Positions 57,920-64,000 of a stretch of 64,000 bases of DNA are shown here, piece after piece. Below the pieces are notes generated by a model, which did not search any database, was not told the origin of the DNA, and saw only the letters and a list, made by a program, of their open reading frames with translations. The DNA is taken from the NCBI GenBank assembly GCA_965217585.1, contig OZ244561.1, positions 928,001-992,000 of the forward strand. The letters run 5' to 3'. The position numbers were made by a program, and so were the translations under genes. The first letter of the stretch is position 1; every line of letters begins with the position of its first letter. The DNA is from Candidatus Latescibacterota bacterium (lineage in GTDB: Bacteria; Latescibacterota; UBA2968; UBA8231).

Positions 57920-59193
57920 TGTGCATTCTCCTCTGCGTACGCGCCGTTGGGAACGGGAAGTCCACCGCAGTAGTTGGTGACGCGCCCGCCGTCAAAGGCC
58001 TGGCGCGTCCAGACTCGCAGATCTGCGTAGTACGCTTCGGCGTACGAGCGGGTCGAATTGGCGTCTGTGAGCAGCCCCAAGCCGATGGTGCGCTCGGCCG
58101 GCCGGCCGCCGAGCTTTTCTCGGTGGTGCTTTTCCAAATCAACGACCTCAAAGGTCCATTTGTCTAAGTTGGTCGCGCCGCTTTCGACGACGAAGAACCA
58201 AGGCCGGAATATCTTGTCGCGCCGCCCCACCGTGCCTTCGGGCAACGTCGTACTCCACACGTATTTGAGCTGTTTGGGGACCCCTATCCAATTCTTGGAG
58301 AAGATGACGTACAGGCCGGCTGCGCTGTCGTTGGCATCGTCGAGAAACTCGTTGCCGCCCAACGGCAAGGCCGCGGCCCGCCAACACCAAGTCATAATTG
58401 GGTACTGGCGGGGATTCCAGTGGACGAATTTCCCCACGATGACCGAATGGCTCGAATCGCGCGCCGCCATGTAGCGCCGCGGGCGGCCCTCTACGCGGTA
58501 GAGCACGGGTTTGTGGCGGTCCTTTTTTTTCCACGGCCCCCACTCCATCGGCTGCGACCCGTCCCACGTAGCGGCGAAGTCTTCGAGTACCACGAACTCG
58601 CGCTCGGCGAGCTGGGCTTCCATCACCGGCGGCGAATGGCCGCGGTCGATCAGCGACTGGTAGCGACGCCGGTAGTGGCTGGAAACGGGCTGGCCCTCGA
58701 TCTTCAACTCGACGATTTTCCAAGTTCCAGCCGCAAAAATCAAGTCGGCCTCTACGTCGAGCGCGCGCGTGTCAAACAAGGCGCGAAGCTGCGCACGGCC
58801 CCGATGGCCATTCACTTCGAGGCTATCCAAACGCAAGCCGCGCAAGTCCGGGGAAGCGAGTTGGGCGGCCAAGTCGGCGCTGAGGCGGTGCTGGTAGGCC
58901 CTAGCCAGTCGGCTGCGATAGTGCTCGACGAGGTATGTAAAGCGCGGAATGGATAGCAAGCTCCGGTATGCACGCAGCGACTTTTCAGTATAGTCGCCAA
59001 GGGTCGCCGCGGTGAACTCGTCTAAGGCCAAGTGCTCGCTCACTAGGCGGGCGGCCAAGTCGGCGCTCTCGCGGTTGGGTGCCTCTAGCAGCGCGTTCAG
59101 CCGCGCCACGGCGGCCGTCGCCCAAGCCGCGTCGGCCCGGCTATCGCCCGGGCTGGCCAAAGCCAACAGCAGGACCGCGCTAAGGAGTTTCAT
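57916..59193 (-). CDS. MlaC-like domain fused to a DUF3047 domain
   Basis: WKIVELKIEGQPVSSHYRRRY (MlaC-like end); TWCWR, NDSAAGLYVIF, LKYVWS, VVESG, LLTDANST, AYYADL (DUF3047-like). Confidence 0.72.
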   Translation of the reverse strand: MKLLSAVLLLALASPGDSRADAAWATAAVARLNALLEAPNRESADLAARLVSEHLALDEFTAATLGDYTEKSLRAYRSLLSIPRFTYLVEHYRSRLARAYQHRLSADLAAQLASPDLRGLRLDSLEVNGHRGRAQLRALFDTRALDVEADLIFAAGTWKIVELKIEGQPVSSHYRRRYQSLIDRGHSPPVMEAQLAEREFVVLEDFAATWDGSQPMEWGPWKKKDRHKPVLYRVEGRPRRYMAARDSSHSVIVGKFVHWNPRQYPIMTWCWRAAALPLGGNEFLDDANDSAAGLYVIFSKNWIGVPKQLKYVWSTTLPEGTVGRRDKIFRPWFFVVESGATNLDKWTFEVVDLEKHHREKLGGRPAERTIGLGLLTDANSTRSYAEAYYADLRVWTRQAFDGGRVTNYCGGLPVPNGAYAEENAQ

Positions 59194-60607
59194 CGCGTCG
59201 GATCAGTTCGAGACCGCCCGTGGCTTTTTCGAGGCGGGCGACGCTGAGGTTGAAGTCGTATAGGGCTTCGCCGTAGCCTTGTTCGCGGCGGGCCCAGGTC
59301 TCAAAGGCGGCGATCAATTCGCCGATGGTTTGCGGGTCGAACTCAAAATCGTCGCGGGCTTCCCGCAGCCACTGCCGGGCCAATTGCCGACTCCTGCGCA
59401 CGTCTTGTAGGTCGCGGTCGGCGCGGCGATAGCCCAAATAGGCGCGGTGGACATCTAAGCGGATCCCCTCCTGCGCACCCGGTACGCGCGCTTCGAGCGC
59501 GCGATATTCAGCGCGTGCCCTATCTGCATCTGCTGCCAACAAGTGCCATTCCAAGGATTGCCGCACCCCAATGAAGACGCCGCCGTTAAAAAAGTTGAAC
59601 TCATCTTTGACGAATGGGTTCCGCTGGTCGGTGCGCCCAGGGGCCACGGCGTAGCGCAAGCCGCCGCCGATGAACACTTGGGGCTGGTACGCGGCGCGGG
59701 CGGCCTGCGCGAGGGCCTGTTTGGCGGCAAGGCCCGCCTGCAGCTTGCGCCATTCCGGTCGCCGGCCGACGGCCTGTGCGACTAACTCGTCTAAGGGTGG
59801 GACCAAGGCCGCCACCGGCGCGAGTCGCTCGGCCCGGAGCAGGAGCGGCGCAGCGCTGGGCAGGCCCGTGCGCCAAGCCAGCGCAGCCTGCGCCAAGGCC
59901 AATTGGTCGCCGACCTCGCGCTGCTGCACGGCCAAGTCGAGTTGGGCCAGCCGCAGCTTGTAGCGGTCGGACGGCGAGAGCGCGGGATCGTCGTCCAGGT
60001 CCTCGGCTCTGCTGGCCAGTTCCTCGCTCACGCGCTGCGCCAAGTCGCTTAGGTCCTGGGCCAACAGCAGCCCGTAGTACAGCTCCTTGATGTCAAAGGC
60101 CACATCCAACTGGGTCTGCGACAGGTCGGACTGCTCCACATCGACCCCTCGGGTGGCAGCCTCGTCTAAGTGGCGGGCGAGGCTAATGGGATAGAGCGGC
60201 TGCACAAATTGCAACTCGGCGCGCGCAAAAGGCCCCAAGGATGGGATGCCCGTGGTATCGGAGGGCGGGTTGAACACACTGCCCATAGCGTCTGGGACTA
60301 TACCGCTTTCGCTGTCGATGCGCAGGCGGGGGAGGATCTTGGCGGCCGCAGCTTGGCGGCGACGGGCCGCGGCCGACTCGACCTTCCAGCGGCCGCTCGC
60401 AACGTCGCCATCGTACTCCAAGGCGCGGTCGATAAGCTCCGTCAGCGTCCAGCGCTTGTCGGGCATTTGGGCGCGGGCCGGCAGGGCGGGCAAGCACATG
60501 ACGAGGCCCCAAACCCCTAGCCATAAGGGGGTGCAAATTTGCATGCCAGTGGGAAATCTCAGCGGCGGAAGAGGCGGAATTCGCGGTGATAGCGCGGGGT
60601 CCGTCAT
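59180..60607 (-). CDS. TolC family outer-membrane protein
   Basis: LTELIDRALE, DIKELYYGLLLA, RRPEW, DVHRAY, YDFNLSVARLEKATG; alternative start 60545. Confidence 0.85.
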   Translation of the reverse strand: MTDPALSPRIPPLPPLRFPTGMQICTPLWLGVWGLVMCLPALPARAQMPDKRWTLTELIDRALEYDGDVASGRWKVESAAARRRQAAAAKILPRLRIDSESGIVPDAMGSVFNPPSDTTGIPSLGPFARAELQFVQPLYPISLARHLDEAATRGVDVEQSDLSQTQLDVAFDIKELYYGLLLAQDLSDLAQRVSEELASRAEDLDDDPALSPSDRYKLRLAQLDLAVQQREVGDQLALAQAALAWRTGLPSAAPLLLRAERLAPVAALVPPLDELVAQAVGRRPEWRKLQAGLAAKQALAQAARAAYQPQVFIGGGLRYAVAPGRTDQRNPFVKDEFNFFNGGVFIGVRQSLEWHLLAADADRARAEYRALEARVPGAQEGIRLDVHRAYLGYRRADRDLQDVRRSRQLARQWLREARDDFEFDPQTIGELIAAFETWARREQGYGEALYDFNLSVARLEKATGGLELIRRDETP

Positions 60608-60636
60608 TTTTATAACTTGTTAAAAATAGTTAAGTT

Positions 60637-60665
60637 AATATACAGACTAAGCGATTTAGCGTCAA
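60637..60665 (-). promoter_or_regulatory. Sigma70 promoter of the TolC-MlaC-MMPL operon
   Basis: TTGACG-17bp-TATATT on the minus strand. Confidence 0.65.
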
Positions 60666-60760
60666 TGCTCCAGCCTGTCTGCTTCTTGGATTATACAACA
60701 CCCGACCACTATGTTTTATGCACCTATGTTTTCCTTAAAATGCGCGAATAGGCGAGCGCA

Positions 60761-63520
60761 ATGCAGCCGACTTTAGTCGTCCGGGAGGCCTGCGAACACA
60801 ACCTGCGCGCCGTCTCCTTGGACCTGCCCCACGAATCCCTTGTGGCCGTCAGCGGCCCGTCCGGGTCGGGCAAGACTTCCCTCGTATTGGACACAATTTA
60901 CGCCGAGGCGCGTCGGCGCTTTCTCGCGGCACTGGATCAAGGAGGCGGCTGGCGCGCATTGCGCGTGCCCAAGGCCAGCCGCATCGACGGCTTGGCCCCT
61001 GCCCTCGCGCTAGCGGGAGGGGTCGGACACCAGAGCCCACGGGCTACGGTGGCGACCCTGTCCGGCTTGTACGACCTGTTGCGCCTGCTCTTTGCCCGCG
61101 TCGGACGGCCCGGCTGCCTCCACTGCGGTGGGCGGGTGCAGACGCATCGCTTTGAGGAAGCAAACGAAACGGCTGCGAGCATGCCGGCTGGCACTCGCCT
61201 GATGATTCTCGCGCCGCGCCGCCTGCGGGAGGACGAGACGCCCGAGCAGGTACTCGCCGCGATCGATCGCGCCGGCTACCGCCATGTGCGCCTCGACGGA
61301 CAAGACCTGCTACTGGAGGAAATTGCGTCCGAGCGCATCGCCCGCGCCCAGCACCTGTCCGTGGTCGTCGATCGCCTCATCGTCAAAAAGGACGTCGCGC
61401 GCCGCTTGCAAGGGTCCCTGCAAGCGGCCTTAGAGGCAGGCGACGGCCAAGTGGTACTTTCTACCCCAGACGCAGGCAGCGATTTGGTTTTTGCCGTGCG
61501 ACCGGCGTGCTCGGCCTGTGGCGCACCCTTTCCGGCCCTAGAACCCGCACTGTTTTCCTTTAATAGCGCGGCCGGGGCCTGCGCGACGTGTCGGGGCCTC
61601 GGGGTACAGAGCGGCTTGAGCAGCGAGCAGGTCTTCACCGATGGACGAGCCACGCTCGAAGGGGCACTGGGTCCCCTGTGGCACGACTTTGGGCACGGCG
61701 ATCTGCGCGACCGCCTACAAGCCTTTTGCCGGCGGCACCAAGTCGATCCCGAACAGCCCGTGGGCGACTGGCCGGGACCAGCGGCCGAACGGCTGTGGCA
61801 TGGAGAGGGCCGGCGGAGCCGGTTTATCGGGCTAGCGCGTTGGCTGGAGCGCGTCGGTGCCAAAGCCAAAGGCGAGGAATTGACCTGGCTGGAGGAACGC
61901 CTCGACGACGCGCCGTGCCCTAGCTGCGGCGGGGCACGCTTGCGGCCCGAATCCCTCGCAGTGGAATTGGGCGGGGCGTCGATTGCTGCGGTCGGCGAGT
62001 GCGCGGTTGCCGCGGCGGCCGAGTGGCTCCGAAGCCTCGATTTTCCCGCGACTATAGCCCCCGTGGGCGAGGCCATCCGCGTCCAGATCAGCCGCCGGCT
62101 GAGCCTGTTGCAAGAGCTGGGGCTGGAGTACCTGCAACTAAATCGCCGCGCCGATACTCTGTCGAGTGGAGAATTTCAGCGGCTGCGACTCGGATCCGCC
62201 CTGTCGTCAGGCACTACTCAGATGCTCTACGTACTCGACGAACCCAGCGTCGGTTTGCACGCGCGCGACGCCGCCCAGCTACTGGACGCACTCAGGGCAC
62301 TGCGCGACGCCGGAAACTCCGTATTCCTAATAGAACACGACTCGGCGCTCTTGCGCGGGGCCGACTGGCTGATCGACATGGGGCCAGGCGCGGGGACCGC
62401 CGGAGGGCAGGTCGTGGCTGAGGGCACGCCGAGCGAGGTAGCGGCGACCGAGTCTTTGACCGGACGCTATCTGCGCGGGGCGCTGCAATTGCCGCGCACC
62501 CAAGCGCGCCAGCCACAGGGGTGGTTGGTGCTATCCGGTGCCAGCGGCCACAATTTGCGCCAACTCGACGTGCAATGGCCGCTGGGGACCTTGACCTGCG
62601 TGACCGGGGTTTCCGGGTCGGGCAAAAGCTCGCTGGTCAGCCACACCCTACATCCGCTCTTGGCCGCCAAACTGCACGGTGCCCAGCGACGCCCCCTACC
62701 CTATAGCTCTTGCACTGGAATCGAGCAGGTGGCGCGCGTCGTCGCGGTTGATCAGCGGCCCATCGGCCGCACCACACGCTCAAATGCGGCGACCTACACG
62801 GGGTTGCTAGCGCCGATTCGCCGCCTGTTTGCCGATCTACCCGAAGCCCGCCTGCGGGGCTACCGACCCGGGCACTTCAGCTTCAACGCCCCGGAGGGAG
62901 CCTGCGACCTGTGCAAGGGCCGGGGAGTGCATAGCACGCGCCGGGGTGCCTTCGACGATCTCGAAGTCGTCTGCCCTTCTTGCAGCGGACGGCGCTACCG
63001 CGCCGAGGTCTTGGACGTGCGCTTCCACCAGCACCACATCGCCGAAGTGCTGGAGCTGAGCGTAGCCGCGGCGAACGCGCTTTTTGCGGCCGTGCCCCAA
63101 GTCGCGCAGCGGCTAGCGACCCTCGCGGAAGTGGGCTTGGGGTATTTGCATCTCGGTCAACCGGCGACCAGTTTTTCCGGCGGCGAGGCCCAGCGGGTTA
63201 AGCTGGCCGCTGAACTAGGACGCTCGCGCCAAGATCACGCGCTCTATATCCTCGACGAGCCGACCTCGGGCCTGCACTTGGAGGATGTGCGCTTGCTGCT
63301 GGCGCTGTTGCAGCGCTTAGTTGACGAGGGTAATACCGTAGTGGTGGTTGAACACCACATCGAATTTATCGCAGCCGCCGACTGGGTCATTGACTTGGGG
63401 CCAGAAGGCGGAGAAGCTGGCGGGGCGATCACGGCTTGCGGCCATCCCGAGGAAGTGGCTGGCGCGGCTGGCTCCCACACGGGCGCGTACTTGCAGCAGT
63501 TGTTTGCCGCGCAAGGCTGA
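60761..63520 (+). CDS. uvrA: Divergent UvrA-family excinuclease ATPase
   Basis: EHNL, GPSGSGKTS, FSFNS, six CxxC motifs, LDEPSVGLH, GVSGSGKSS, SGGEAQRVKLA, LDEPTSGLH. Confidence 0.85.
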   Translation: MQPTLVVREACEHNLRAVSLDLPHESLVAVSGPSGSGKTSLVLDTIYAEARRRFLAALDQGGGWRALRVPKASRIDGLAPALALAGGVGHQSPRATVATLSGLYDLLRLLFARVGRPGCLHCGGRVQTHRFEEANETAASMPAGTRLMILAPRRLREDETPEQVLAAIDRAGYRHVRLDGQDLLLEEIASERIARAQHLSVVVDRLIVKKDVARRLQGSLQAALEAGDGQVVLSTPDAGSDLVFAVRPACSACGAPFPALEPALFSFNSAAGACATCRGLGVQSGLSSEQVFTDGRATLEGALGPLWHDFGHGDLRDRLQAFCRRHQVDPEQPVGDWPGPAAERLWHGEGRRSRFIGLARWLERVGAKAKGEELTWLEERLDDAPCPSCGGARLRPESLAVELGGASIAAVGECAVAAAAEWLRSLDFPATIAPVGEAIRVQISRRLSLLQELGLEYLQLNRRADTLSSGEFQRLRLGSALSSGTTQMLYVLDEPSVGLHARDAAQLLDALRALRDAGNSVFLIEHDSALLRGADWLIDMGPGAGTAGGQVVAEGTPSEVAATESLTGRYLRGALQLPRTQARQPQGWLVLSGASGHNLRQLDVQWPLGTLTCVTGVSGSGKSSLVSHTLHPLLAAKLHGAQRRPLPYSSCTGIEQVARVVAVDQRPIGRTTRSNAATYTGLLAPIRRLFADLPEARLRGYRPGHFSFNAPEGACDLCKGRGVHSTRRGAFDDLEVVCPSCSGRRYRAEVLDVRFHQHHIAEVLELSVAAANALFAAVPQVAQRLATLAEVGLGYLHLGQPATSFSGGEAQRVKLAAELGRSRQDHALYILDEPTSGLHLEDVRLLLALLQRLVDEGNTVVVVEHHIEFIAAADWVIDLGPEGGEAGGAITACGHPEEVAGAAGSHTGAYLQQLFAAQG

Positions 63521-63674
63521 GTGGTCTTTCAAAAAAGTTAGTTACTATTTTTATCTTGGCCTTTTAGTCTGGATTCAGGCAATAAACTTAACGGAATAAG
63601 TAGTTAAAGGCTTGATTTCTTGACCTCTCGATAGTATTTTCGCCTCCATAAATCTCACAACCGGAGGCAATACT

Positions 63675-64000
63675 ATGAAGATCACCAGTTACGTCCTATT
63701 GGGCCTTTTATCTTGCGTTGAGGTCTTGGCCGAAGAAACCGCCTTTGATAGAGCTGTAAAAGCCTATCGGACCTACAAGAACGCCCAAATTATCTACTTT
63801 GAAGCCAGAGACCGACACGAAGAAACTAGGCTGGCTTGGGATGCTTATTTGGCCGTAGACTTCGCCGATGACGAAGCCCGCAAGAAAGCGAGGGCTGACT
63901 TTGATAAGGCTAAGGACGCAAATAAAGAAGTCAGAGGGGCCTATGCGATTTTTCAGATAACCGGAAAAGCCTATAACAAAGCCTTTCTCTCCATTCCAGA
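63675..64000 (+). CDS. Exported helical hypothetical protein, truncated by the window edge
   Basis: GGAGG RBS; MKITSYVLLGLLSCVEVLAEETAFDRAVKAY..., open to the window end; upstream TTGATT-17-TATTTT. Confidence 0.65.
   Translation, partial: MKITSYVLLGLLSCVEVLAEETAFDRAVKAYRTYKNAQIIYFEARDRHEETRLAWDAYLAVDFADDEARKKARADFDKAKDANKEVRGAYAIFQITGKAYNKAFLSIP

Overview
A GC-rich, gene-dense bacterial chromosomal segment from a diderm organism. The gene repertoire (DUF6785-type transporter, C-terminal 'TWGxxK' protein, Minf_1886-like protein, spondin and ASPIC/UnbV proteins) suggests a Latescibacterota/Gemmatimonadota/Poribacteria-like lineage; this is inference only. About 46 CDSs (including glgB, rlmN, larC, msrP, a nupC-like CNT, a PBP1A, a divergent uvrA and a split dpp ABC system) and one tRNA-Gly(GCC) are present. 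No integrase, transposase, rRNA or CRISPR array was recognised. The most notable elements are: (1) a four-gene operon TolC / MlaC-DUF3047 fusion / MlaC / MMPL-RND with no periplasmic adaptor, a candidate uncharacterised trans-envelope lipid transport system; (2) a lower-GC AAA_21 ATPase + DUF4276 pair resembling two-gene anti-phage modules; (3) a small promoter-ORF cassette bracketed by 67-bp structured direct repeats; (4) a degenerate copy of the TonB receptor 3' end bracketing a three-gene msrP module; (5) a DprE1/DprE2-like pair outside Actinobacteria; (6) a mosaic scar of three gene fragments; (7) several short in-frame duplications. Family assignments come from motif recognition by eye, not database searches.
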